In this document: one piece after another, positions 1 through 11,312 of the stretch | Numbering within the stretch: the first letter of the stretch is position 1 | Layout of the letters: the number at the start of each line of letters is the position of its first letter | Origin: Tubulanus polymorphus | Taxonomy: Eukaryota; Animalia; Nemertea | Assembly (NCBI RefSeq): GCF_964204645.1 | Contig: NC_134028.1 | Location: forward strand, 19,413,653-19,477,652 | DNA: 64,000 nucleotides | Direction of reading: 5' to 3' | Translations under genes and position numbers: made by a program | The notes under the pieces: model-generated | What the model saw: only the letters and a program-made list of their open reading frames with translations | Databases searched by the model: none | What the model was told of the DNA's origin: nothing

Positions 1-1541
1 CGCGTAACCGCGCTAGTTCGACGATTTATTAAAAAGTTAAGACGCGAAAACCATGAATCGGATGAAATAACTGCTAACGAAATAGCAAAATGCGAAGATC
101 TATGGAACAAAGGTGTTCAATCGAGTTACTTCAATGACGTGAAAGTTAGTTTAGAACATAAATCTAAGAAAAGGCCATCACCCGTAACGAAACTTCGTTT
201 GTTTTTAGAAGATGATATCATTCGTGTTGGAGGCCGTCTCCATAACGCGCCCATCGGATACGATGCAAAGTTTCCGATATTGTTACCTCATTGTAGATAT
301 AGTGAATTAATCGTACTGGATTCCCATAATAAGGTCAAACACCTCGGTACAGAATCTACTATAACCGTAGTCCGACAAAAGTATTGGATTACTCGTGTTC
401 GTCAAGTGGCTCGGAAGTTGTTGAGAAAATGCGTCATATGCAAATATATCACCGGTAAACCGTACTCGTTACCAAACTGTGCTCCGTTACAATCTTCGCG
501 TTTGAAAGAGGCTCCACCCTTCACCGTCTGTGGTTTAGATTTCACCGGTGCACTACATCTTCGGTCGAAATCCGGGGAGGAGTCACTCGCGTATATATGC
601 TTGTTTACTTGCGCGAACACGCGTGCCATCCATCTGGAAGTGGTAACGGACATGACTACGTCAACATTCCTACACGCGTTGAGGAGAATGGCTGCCAGAC
701 GTTCGTTACCACAGAAAATAATATCGGACAACCAATCAACCTTTATTGCGAGTAACAATGCTATCAAAAAGATATACGAATCGATCGAAACCCGAAAGTA
801 CTTCAGCCTACACCGATCAGAGTGGGTCATGATAACTCGTCGAGCCCCCTGGTTTGGTGGATTTTACGAAAGGCTAGTTGGAATAACAAAAACCGCGATC
901 AAAAAAGTTCTGGGGCGTGCGCGAATATCCCTGCTGGAATTGATTACGATCGTATCAGAGACTGAACAAGCTGTAAATAATCGCCCGATATCGTACTGTT
1001 CATCGCGAGTTTACCGCATCTGTTCGTAAGTTACGATGAACTGACCGACCCGACGCTTGGAAATGTGCCGTCAGAATTTGAAAAACGTTCGGTGCGAATC
1101 GGTTCATTAAAACAACATCTGTGGAAACGTTGGGCTGAGGAATACGTAACAGCCCTACGCGAAAGACACATCCAATTTAAAAATCGCGGATTAACTGGAA
1201 ATACCATCAGAAAGGGTGATGTCGTGTTAGTACACGACGACAATCATAATTCGCGTCTGAAATGGAAACTAGCACTGGTCGAGGAACTCGTTCCGGGGAA
1301 CGACGGCTTAGTTAGAACCGCTGAGATCAAAATTTCGAATGGCAGGACTAATCGACCAATTAGCAAACTCTACCCTCTTGAAGTGCGCGCCGCAGATCCC
1401 TCGAACACGTGCAAACCGGACTCAAACGTAAATTCTGCACCCGTCACACGTCATTCGACGAGAAAGGCAGCTGCCGAGGCTAGAAATAACATCAGTAGAT
1501 GGGCTAAAACGTGCTGTCTGATACATGTAGTAGTTAATTAA
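1..1541 (+). pseudogene. BEL/Pao pol C-terminus (integrase + DUF5641-like domain), frameshifted near 1005
   Basis: The PLTPxHLL segment present in the second BEL copy is missing near 1005 and the frame changes between the two ORFs. Confidence 0.8.
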
Positions 1542-1991
1542 TTGATAACCGCTCAGGTCAACGCTAGGTCACTCGGACCTAAACAACAAACACAACGCAA
1601 TGTAATAGACTGTATTATCTTAGTTTTAGAATTAATTTCAATTATACACATCATTTTTAGTTGTCAGTAGTTCCTTATCTGACTATCATAAATTTATAAC
1701 AATATACATGCATCATTTATTCGAATATCGATATTATTTAGTTGTAGTAACATTTTTCTTAATTACATCTATCTAGTAATTTTCTGTCGCCCGGGAGAAT
1801 GTCGGGAATTGTTATATGTCAGTTACCAGTAACGCACTCCCCTCAGTTCATGTAACCCCGCCTATGTAAGCCCCGCATGAAGTTATGCTGTAGCGAGTAG
1901 ATAAATAAATCAGAGTTTACTTAGACACCAAACACATCGGTCGTTGTTCACCTCTCCGGCGGTCTTGCTTATTTTACTCAAACCTGGACCA
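1..1991 (+). mobile_element. 3' part of a BEL/Pao LTR retrotransposon (integrase, C-terminal domain, PPT, 3' LTR); 5' part lies outside the window
   Basis: ORF 139-1029 has BEL integrase motifs (GLDFTG, AIHLEVV, ISDN, APWFGGFYERLVG); ORF 1065-1541 has the BEL C-terminal domain (WKRWAEEY...DGLVR...RPISKLYPLE); PPT CCCGGGAGAA ends at 1799 followed by TGTCGG. LTR right end (~1991) is an estimate. Confidence 0.9.
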
Positions 1992-2049
1992 TTTAATGTG
2001 GCAATCATAGCCCACATGCTACTCGTGAAGAATGACCAAAGGCCACAGC

Positions 2050-2935
2050 AACAAGCAAATTTGAATGTAAAATAAATCGTAAGAGGTCAGACTTACTATT
2101 ATGGGTGTAGGCCATGGGCCTGACAAAAAGTTTTTGACCCCAGTATCCTTAAGGTACTACATAAAACTAGGAGTCCAGGGACATCATGGGAAGTGGTTTC
2201 AAATGCTCAACAATCTAACAATTTCAATATTCAACGCCCCCTGGTGACCATATACAAAATCAATGACCTTGAAACTCACCACAATCATAGAACATGTCAG
2301 CAGCTACAATTTTGTAATTGATTGTGATAACAAAATATGCCTCCTGTAATATGGAGATACTCAAGTTATTCTACTATTCAACAACCCCTGGTGACCATAT
2401 GCAAAACCCTATGACCTTGAAACTCAACACAATCATAAAAAATGTCATGAACTACAACATTGCAATCCCTTTCCATATAGAATACCCATCACAAATTACA
2501 ATGAAAAATAGCAAACCAGTAGGAAGCTACAGGACTCAGAATTCTGACCAAAATTGACGTTTTTGGGCACTAAAAAGGTCATAAGACGGCCATCTTGCGT
2601 CCAATCCACCCACTTTTCTTATGCTGATGGGCCCTTATGGGATTCAAATATATACCAAAGATCAAGGTAATTGGTCAAAGCGTCTTCATAATTTCCCTCA
2701 TAATGTTCAAAAATGTGTAATACGTGCTGATTTTGGCGAACAACAATGGCTACCAGTCGGCCATCTTGATTCTGACAAGGCCAGTTTTTGGGCTGAAGAT
2801 GTGTCTAGGGTAGATACATGAGTAACTAAAATATCAGATTCAGATATACCTGGATTCCATCTACAGACGGACGAAACGGACGAAAAGTGAACGCAATAGC
2901 CCGCTGGGACAAAAGTCCCAAGTGGGCTAAAAAAG
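2050..2935. mobile_element. Possible Helentron-associated (HINE/DINE-1-like) non-autonomous element
   Basis: Internal imperfect duplication (~2225-2320 vs ~2375-2465), short GACG repeats at ~2865-2883, terminal stem-loop TAGCCC.GGGAC-AAAA-GTCCC.GGGCTA at ~2897-2929 followed by an A run. Family assignment is inference. Confidence 0.4.
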
Positions 2936-3108
2936 ATTTCCCAAGTCCCAAGTGGGCTGAAATGCCAGCAACTGAGCAAGTCTGAGAGTTTACCCAGTCC
3001 AGGCACTCACCAATGGGCTTGGGATACAGTTCCTGAGACCAGTTGCACAGTTGTGACTTACGTCCAAAAGTGGTCTTAAATCTTAAGTAGTCTTAAGACT
3101 GGTCTTAA

Positions 3109-3861
3109 AGGCCCACTGGCAGTATAAAAGCCCAATCAATGTCAGACATGGCAGTATCTTTGAACCCGTGGAGCAGTGAGGAGCTCCAATGGTGGAAACT
3201 GGAATTCTCCTATTTTCTCTGTCAGTTATCCGATTTGGATCCTCCTTTTTGTCAGACATATATACTAATGTATAATATATCCATTTCTGCAGTTAAAATT
3301 ATGTTTTAGACCCTCCTCTTCGAGTAATTAAGCAATTTCGTTGGTATTTTCTTCAAAATTTGAATCTTTGAATGACGTAAAGGGAGGAGTTATCCAGTGA
3401 ATCAGCGTAGCTTGCATGGCACAGTAACAGTAACATGATACCCTAGATCATCACTACACATAAACAAAAATATAGGCTAATTCATAGTACCAAAATCTCA
3501 CTACAACAAACTTTTTTCCCGATCAAGGAATCAGTCTGAAATTTCATACACTTGTTAAGTGTTATGCCCAAATTTCATCAAAATCGGATAAAAAATTCTT
3601 TAATCTTGGTCCTTTGCTTACAGAAAATGATCACAAGCTTCAGATTTTCATCCCCAATAAGACTGCACCATTTAAAAGTACCTCAGAACTTTATATGAAA
3701 ATTCATGAATTTGTCAGATATTACAGTGTGTGACCTCTACAGTTACAGTTGTAACCCACCCTTACTCACTGTAAACATCATCAACATGTTACTGTAGCTA
3801 GTGGGACGGCCCATCTCAAGTGCTTACCACCCGGTTTACTACTGCTCATACCAATGGGCCT
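3109..3861. mobile_element. Non-autonomous DNA transposon, Kolobok-like
   Basis: Termini AGGCCCACTGG / CCAATGGGCCT flanked by TTAA on both sides (3105-3108, 3862-3865); it interrupts a GGTCTTAA-repeat element spanning ~3040-3940. Confidence 0.65.
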
Positions 3862-5108
3862 TTAAGTAGTTAGATTGGCTATAGAACTAAGTTGGTCTTA
3901 GACTGGTCTTAAATCTAAGTCATGACTATGCAGCCAGCCCGTGGGGTTTTTGATAGTGTATCTGTGTTTTGAGTGGTTATTCTGCCATAAATCCGAGAAA
4001 AATGTCTAGGTACTGATACGTTTAAAAGATAATGGCCATTGGCACCACACAGGGCGACCTCACAAAAAACACTAACAAACTTCGTTTATCAATCTAAAAT
4101 TAAAACTTTTATTTTATGACACTTACTAGTGATATGAGTTAAGGTCGGTATCAGACGGTTTTTGTCTGTATTGGACGGTTTTGGTCGGCGTTTAGAACTA
4201 CCCCCTGTGTAGGGTGGTTGCTAGTCTAGTACCTAGTCGTTGTTCCCCAAACAACGTCTAGGGCGAAAGTGCTCATATAAGGTTAATTTTCGTCCCTCAT
4301 TTTGAGGGACGAGGCTTTGAGCGTCTATTTCACCCCTTAAAACACCATCAACTTACCTCAAACTGACTGTTCTGTAATCAGACGGAAGTTAACTATTGTT
4401 TGCGCATAAATTTGTAATCCTAAGTAGCTTTTGACTATCGTAGTAGCTCAAAAAATAGTTGAAGTGAGCAACATAACAAATATGGTGGCTTTTTGTGGTG
4501 CATGAGGGGAGTGTAAATTACGGATTCGGACTTGAACTTGGACTGACATTAATGCCAATGGAGATATTATTCTTGTTTCAAAATCTTACTGTTAAAATTG
4601 ACAAAATTTTTATAAATCAACAAAAATTAACATTTAGAGTAATTTTAGAGAGACATTGAGAATTTTCACATTTTATTAATTTAGTCCGCATTGGAAATCC
4701 CGATTGTGGCAATCAATTTAATTCAAATCAAATCAATAAATTCTCTGGTTCGCGATTTAAATCATCAAAAATATTATTATAAAACACGTTTTCAAAGTCA
4801 ACAAGGTAACTAATTAATTTATTTTAGTACAAAGGTTTGATTTGACACTAAAATCAGTTGTTGCATTGCAATTAACAGGAGTAAACCTCTATATGATACT
4901 TGAGCGTCAGACGTTGTACGGAACCGTAACAACGACTGGTATTCAGACTATAGTCTGTCACACATGCTCTTCGTGCGACGTTTTGATCCGTAATTTCGTT
5001 AATAATCAGTTGATCTGTAAATATTATGCATCAATTTGTTCAGTAAGGAATTTGCATACAGAAATAAATCATGAACTGGCAGAAATTTGTTTGTGTTTTC
5101 TTCTATCT

Positions 5109-5293
5109 GCGATAGTTTACCTAGCATACGCTCGCGTAATGCTGAAAAACGGCTTTTATGGCCCGTCACGTGGCGCCACCTGCTGTATTTTGATATGCTA
5201 ATGAGCAGGTGATGACGTCACTGTAACGTTTTCCGAGCGTCCGCGGAGCGGATTTTTCAGCATTACGCGAGCGTATGCTGAGTAAACTATCGC
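5109..5293. repeat. Small palindromic MITE-like element
   Basis: GCGATAGTTTACCTAGCATACGCTCGCGTAATGCTGAAAA is mirrored by TTTTCAGCATTACGCGAGCGTATGCTGAGTAAACTATCGC. Confidence 0.75.
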
Positions 5294-5719
5294 TCATAAA
5301 TGAAAACAAAAACAACTTTAGTGATAAAGGTAGATAAACCAATTATTAACGAAATTACGGACCAAAACGTCGCACAGAGAGTAGGTGTGACAGACAGTAG
5401 GTGGTTGCCATCTTCACCCGTCAAGGGATTCGAACCCACTAGGCCTACACTAAAGCTGTTCCCCGAACCCCTTGACCTCACGAGTCGTTGGAGTCGTTAC
5501 AAGCTTGTTACTTCTGTTGGTTTTCCTGTCAAATGGACCAATCAGCGAACATTTTACGGAACAAGGAAGTATTTCGCAAATCGATATATGACGTCATGCG
5601 CAACAGCGCCATGATGAAATCACGCTTCGTGGGGGCTGGTGGAAGCTAGTTCGGGAGTGATACCGGACCCCTGGCAAGCGAGGATGGGTGGTTGCAGGTT
5701 GGCTCCCTATGCTATAGGC

Positions 5720-6267
5720 CTAATGTCTATTTATTAATTGATGAGACCTGTTTTTCTTGGATATTTTGCTCACTTTTTGGGGTACATACCTCATTTATGT
5801 CTTAACAGAATGCCAAAAATCGCGGACAACAACTGAATATCCGATATATTTCCAGTTCTGTACCAATTAGATGGATTGGCAAAAAGACTCCTTAAGTCCA
5901 GTTGAATGAGAGAGAAAATCCTCCATTTTGTCAAATTTCTTGGATTTGAACATTGTTACCATGCCTACGCCACCCTGATTTAGTTGTTGAGACCCCACAA
6001 GAAAAATAACTTCATTTCGTAGGCATGGTGACAATGTAAAAATTCAAGAAATTTGACAAAATGGAGGATTTTCTCTCTCATTCAATTGGACTTAAGGAGT
6101 CTTTTTGCCAATCCATCTAATTGGTACAGATCTGGAAATATATCGGATATTCAGTTGTTGTCCGCGATTTTTGGCATTCTGTTAAGACATAAATGAGGTA
6201 TGTACCCCAAAAAGTAAGCAAAATATCCAAGAAAAACAGGTCTCATCAATTAATAAATAGACATTAG
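5720..6267. repeat. Near-perfect long inverted repeat (foldback MITE), ~250-bp arms, ~48-bp loop
   Basis: 5720-~5968 is the reverse complement of ~6017-6267 with only a few mismatches. Confidence 0.9.
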
Positions 6268-7659
6268 TATGTATAGCCTTCTTCTTTCTTGGCTTTTTGG
6301 GGGTCAAAAAATTTTGCCCTGTTGTGGCGTAGGTTAGGTAAGCTTGGGTCAGATTATGAGACAGTTATCATCAGAATCTACTGCCCTGAACAATAGTTAC
6401 ATTAAATCTTCAACAGTAATCAATCACGCACGATACCCACCTTCCTTCGATTATCGTGAATTGAATTGAATATCATGTACTATCAGAGGACATACGAGTT
6501 ATAACATAAGATATACGAGATACGATTGTTTTCAAGTCCGTCCGCTAGCTCCACCTAGGTAGCGCCGATTACAGTCATGCATGGATAACCCACAGGGGCT
6601 CGTATCATAAGTTTGGGGGTGAACTGTAGCTTGGATCATCCAGTATCCCTGGTTTATATATATAGTACGAGGGATACAGGATGATCTAAGCTTGTGGTAG
6701 AGATTCCACTAGAAACAGGATCGAGAACAGCTGGGAAGAATTCCGTGTGTACCATATAAGAAACTTTATTAGAGTGCCAAGTGGCGGGAAAGGGGGCTGC
6801 ATGCAGAGTTACATATAGGTCATATTGATTGACAGTTCAGTCATATATATATATGAGCCATCCACGTTCCCGTCTCGACCCGTTACTGTCTCGACCCGTT
6901 CCCGTCTCGACCCTACCGTACAATAGCGCCACCACAGTCGATTATTTGAACTAAAACACTACGGCGCGTATCGGATTCGTTTTTCGCATGTGAACCTACC
7001 AACAATTTTAAAAAATCAAATTAGATTTTTGAAAACTTTTCATTGAAAAGATCGAATGATGGAAACGGTATAAGCTTAAGTGCAGATCCGCACCTCCCCG
7101 CGTAAACGGTTCAATCAATTACATTTAATATCAACACGTATTTCAGATTCAAAATTCAGCAATTCAGTGGTTTGCCATTGGTTAATTTTTAGATATCTTC
7201 ACTAGAAAGATTTTAGCCTGGATTCTGTCATTCAGCAGATTGCGTCAATCACGAGAGGTGTGGATCTGCACTTACCAAGAAAACGCCTCCAATGTCAACA
7301 GAAGTAAAAATTCAAGATGCGAAGTAAGCAATTTCCCGTCGAGATTTCCTCCCAGAAATAATATATATTTACTGGTAAAGCTAAACTAATTTCAAATATA
7401 ATCTTGAATGAATTACACGAGTGTAATTATTTTGGTTTCTAAAAAATAAAATCAACTTTCTTTAAATCTCTCAAACCGTTTTTTTCAAAAAACGACCCGG
7501 CCCGGGGCATTTTGTTTGGGGCATGTTTATTGCCATTAATCAATTCGAATTCATCAAATTTATGAAGAAAATTAATGTCTGAATTTTGCAAAAAAAATAA
7601 AGATGATTGTTAAATTCATGACGCGTTATCTTTCTCTACAGATCCCGTGGGTCTTTCTC

Positions 7660-8207
7660 CATGGACCCTATGTTCCTGTCTCGACCCTTCAAACCTGTCT
7701 CTAGTCTCTACACAGTCCCGTGGACACTATGTTCCTGTCTCGACCCTTCAAACCTGTCTCTACTCTCTACACAGTCCCGTGGACACTATGTTCCCGTCTC
7801 GACCCTTCAAATCTGTCTCTACTCTCTACACAGTCCCGTAGACACCATGTTCCCGTTTCGACCCTTCACACCTGTCTCTGCTCTCTACACAGTCCCCTGG
7901 ACACCATGTTCCCGTCTCGACCCTTCTAACCTGTCTCTAGTCTCTACACAGTCCCGTAGACACCATGTTCCCGTCTCGACCCTTCTAACCTGTCTCTACT
8001 CTCTACACAGTCCCGTGGACACTATGTTCCCGTCTCGACCCTTCAAATCTGTCTCTACTCTCTACACAGTCCTGTGGACACCATGTTCCCGTCTCGACCC
8101 TTCTAACCTGTCTCTAGTCTCTACACAGTCCCGTGGACCCTATGTTCCCGTCTCGACATTTCACACCTGTCTCTACTCTCTACACAGTCCCCTGGACACC
8201 ATGTTCC
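7660..8207 (+). repeat. 59-bp tandem array, left arm part 1 (~9 units)
   Basis: Unit CATGTTCCCGTCTCGACCCTTCAAATCTGTCTCTACTCTCTACACAGTCCCGTGGACAC with variants. Confidence 0.95.
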
Positions 8208-8432
8208 TATTGGGGTGATAAATTAGTAGTTTGCATAGAGGGAGGGAAGCCAGAGTTCAGGGCAGTGGCTGAAGTTAGTAAACAACCTACGTAGATGCTT
8301 ACGTCGCACACAAGACACTGAATAGAAGATAGGTGAAAGTGAAGTGAGTATCTGCGTAGGGTTGCTGGTTATAGCGGCAGCCTTGAGCTCTGGTATGGCT
8401 AGGAAGTAAACAAGTAATAAACTCGTGACGTA

Positions 8433-8699
8433 AGTAATAGGGATAATAGGCTTTCAAGCCAAAGGTCGAACGGTCGAGCTCGTAAAAAATGAAAAACATA
8501 AAAATAATTACAATTTCTACTTGAATTACTCGCGAAACTCATAAAAATGAAAAATTAATTCTCACACGCTCGAATTAATTTTTCATTTTTATGAGTTTCA
8601 CTCCTAATTCAAGTAGAAATTGTAATTATTTTTATGTTTTTCATTTTTACTCACCCGCCCGTTCAACCTTTAGCTTGAAAGCCTATTATCCCTATTACT
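8433..8699. repeat. Left terminal hairpin of the Polinton (267-bp imperfect palindrome)
   Basis: Begins AGTAATAGGGATAATAGGCTTTCAAGC and ends GCTTGAAAGCCTATTATCCCTATTACT; arms pair to a loop near 8560-8572. Confidence 0.92.
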
Positions 8700-8868
8700 C
8701 TTAAAATATTCATATATATGAATAAAATATAAATCATTGAACTTCTAAAATCAATTTTAATAAAAAATATAGTATTAAAATGGAAGCAAATAAATACTAC
8801 TGCCCAACATGTAATATCGATATAGATAAATCCCAAAAAGCAAGACACAATAAAACTAGAACACATTT
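8700..8868 (+). repeat. Inner TIR segment, inverted copy of 25641-25794, including the first ~29 codons of PolB
   Basis: ATG at 8780 reads MEANKYYCPTCNIDIDKSQKARHNKT, the same as the PolB N-terminus. Confidence 0.92.
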
Positions 8869-9737
8869 GTTTTTAATCCAGTTGGCGGACGTTAGCGAAT
8901 CACAAATCTCATAATTTACAAGTATCAACGCGCTTTTTAGATGTTTCTGGACAATTAAGCTCTAACCAATCAAAAGTCTCATAATTCGCAAGTCTCAACA
9001 CACTTGTTCTAGATGTTTCTGAGCATAGAATAGTATAAATAGGCGCGCACATCAGACGCTTAACAGAGCTATAGAATAAATCTATAAATTCACAGCTGTT
9101 ACAGCTGTTACTATAACGCCGAGATATTATGAATCATAATCAGAAACGTGTAGAATATTCTAGAAAGGCGCGCCGGAACTAGATGACGTGGCATAATCAA
9201 CGACGTGTTCATTCTAGAAATCACCCCCGGAAATGGATATACGCTGTAATATTGTGCTCAGGATATTCTATCTTTCGAAACGAAATAAGGAGTTTATAGT
9301 TTACAATTATAAATCTAAATGTAAGTACTGTTTGTTGTAGTTGTTAGGGCTATTAAATATGAAACCTTTAGATATATTTAAGCGTATTTAGTATATCTTT
9401 TAGATAGTTAGAGTTACCGCTAATATCTTTTAGATTAATAAAAAGTCATACGCATCAAGAAGCGATAGAGAAACTCAAGACTGAGGAATCAACAGCAATG
9501 GATATCAAACCAATAGAATCACCAAAAGATCGAAGAAGAAATATAAGAATTTCAAAAACATTAAGACTCCAATGATTAAGTTTAACATTTATTGATGTAG
9601 TTAAATATTTACCAGCAATTGAAAAAATGTTTGTAATTATAAATTGTATTTATAGAAATCAAATGATGTATTAGAAGAAATGACTGAACAACTTGTATAA
9701 TGTATTGTGTAAATCTGATTTGTGAATTTTTATGTTC

Positions 9738-10056
9738 AGTCGTTTCTATTATGTTTAACGCATGCGCATTGATCAAAACCGGCCATAAATGGCCGCATGT
9801 GACACATGTAACGCATGTGACGAGAACATGAATGCGTTTGAATTTTCTATATTCAGTTGTTTCTATTTTACAGAATTTATAGAATGAATATACAATTATG
9901 ATTAACACATGTGCATTAAGCAAAACCGGCCATAAATGGCCGCATGTGACGCATGTAACGCATGTGTTGTTTCTATTTTACAGAATTTATAGAATGAATA
10001 TATAATTATGATTAACGCATGCGCATTAAGCAAAACCGGCCACAAATGGCCGGCCG
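9738..10056. repeat. ~110-bp direct repeats in the Polinton non-coding region
   Basis: Three copies of TTAACRCATGYGCATT....AAAACCGGCCAYAAATGGCCG (near 9755, 9902, 10012). Confidence 0.8.
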
Positions 10057-10339
10057 CTTGTATTATTTAGATATCAAGGAATCGAAAAAACTTATCAAAA
10101 GCAGCGAGGAATGAAAAAGGATGACGTTGGTCGAAGAAATGGAAGAGGATTCTAAAATTATTAACCAATTTAGTAAAAAATATTTTTATTTATTTATATT
10201 TTGAATAGATCCGAATAGAAATTCTTTAAATTCAAATAGCTAGTATCAGTAGTCAATACTAGAATTCTTTAGCTTTAACTATCTAGTATCATTTGAAGAA
10301 TACTTATAATACTATTTTTATTAAATTTCTCTAATATAA

Positions 10340-10945
10340 ATGTCAAAGAAATCGAATAAGAATAATATTAAAGTTGAAAAAACTTTGGAAGATTTAGGTC
10401 TAACAGATGATAATGATAATGTGGCAACTAAATGTGATAATAAAATTGATAGTGATATTGATTATGAATACTATTTATATTGTAAGCATCATCTAGAACT
10501 ATTGATTGCGAGTGGAAAAACTAAAGAGTTTATTGGTAAAACAATAACTTTTCAAGAATTAGATAATATGAATAAAGAAAAAGTAATAAAATATTTTAAG
10601 ATTTATGAAGAGGCAAGATTATCTAAAATAAATGATTCTATTTCTAATGGTATTGTCAAATGTTATTCAAAGTTATGTAACCAGTTAATACCAATTGATG
10701 ATGACAATAAATTATATAATGATTTGAAAAATGACTATTTAGTTATGACTGAATTACAAAAATGGGTTGGATATGCTTCATTTCAATTAGGATCGGTTAT
10801 GACATTAATTTCTACTGGTGTCATAACATTTTCGAATATCAAACCTATGGAATATAAATCAGGTAAGAACGAAACAGATGTACTACAACCAAACAGTGAA
10901 ACAGAAAATGAATCAGAACAAAAATTAACTAAAATAAATGAGTGA
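10340..10945 (+). CDS. Polinton hypothetical protein (201 aa)
   Basis: Intact ORF with TAAATG start, overlapping the next gene; function not recognised. Confidence 0.8.
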   Translation: MSKKSNKNNIKVEKTLEDLGLTDDNDNVATKCDNKIDSDIDYEYYLYCKHHLELLIASGKTKEFIGKTITFQELDNMNKEKVIKYFKIYEEARLSKINDSISNGIVKCYSKLCNQLIPIDDDNKLYNDLKNDYLVMTELQKWVGYASFQLGSVMTLISTGVITFSNIKPMEYKSGKNETDVLQPNSETENESEQKLTKINE

Positions 10946-11309
10946 TGGAGTTAAGAAAAAGGCTAGATCCGAGAAACAAATTAAATGGGCAAGAGAATTA
11001 GGTAAAAGATCTTCAGAATTAAAAAAAGCTAAGAAAAAGAAATTAACTGATATAAATGAATCACCTGATGGTGCCGTACAGCACCCACACGGTGGTATTG
11101 ATTCAAATAATAATCCATCTAATTCTTCTAATGCTGGAAGTAATTATAAATTATATATTACAATTGGATTAGTAACACTTATTATATTATCCGGTGTAAT
11201 ATATAAATCAAAATTCAAATCTGATGATAAAGATGATTCCGATGATAAACCTATCATACCAGAAAATAAATCAAATGAAACTAAATCTAAATTATTATTA
11301 ATGGATTAA
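10938..11309 (+). CDS. Polinton small protein, basic N-terminus and one predicted TM helix (123 aa)
   Basis: LYITIGLVTLIILSGVIY hydrophobic segment; TAAATG start. Confidence 0.75.
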   Translation: MSDGVKKKARSEKQIKWARELGKRSSELKKAKKKKLTDINESPDGAVQHPHGGIDSNNNPSNSSNAGSNYKLYITIGLVTLIILSGVIYKSKFKSDDKDDSDDKPIIPENKSNETKSKLLLMD

Positions 11310-11312
11310 AAT

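Noticed and set aside
7647-8218. ORFs in the 59-bp arrays (also 30122-30531 and 31720-33596)
   Set aside because: Repetitive translations in all frames of a tandem repeat; no sign of real coding.
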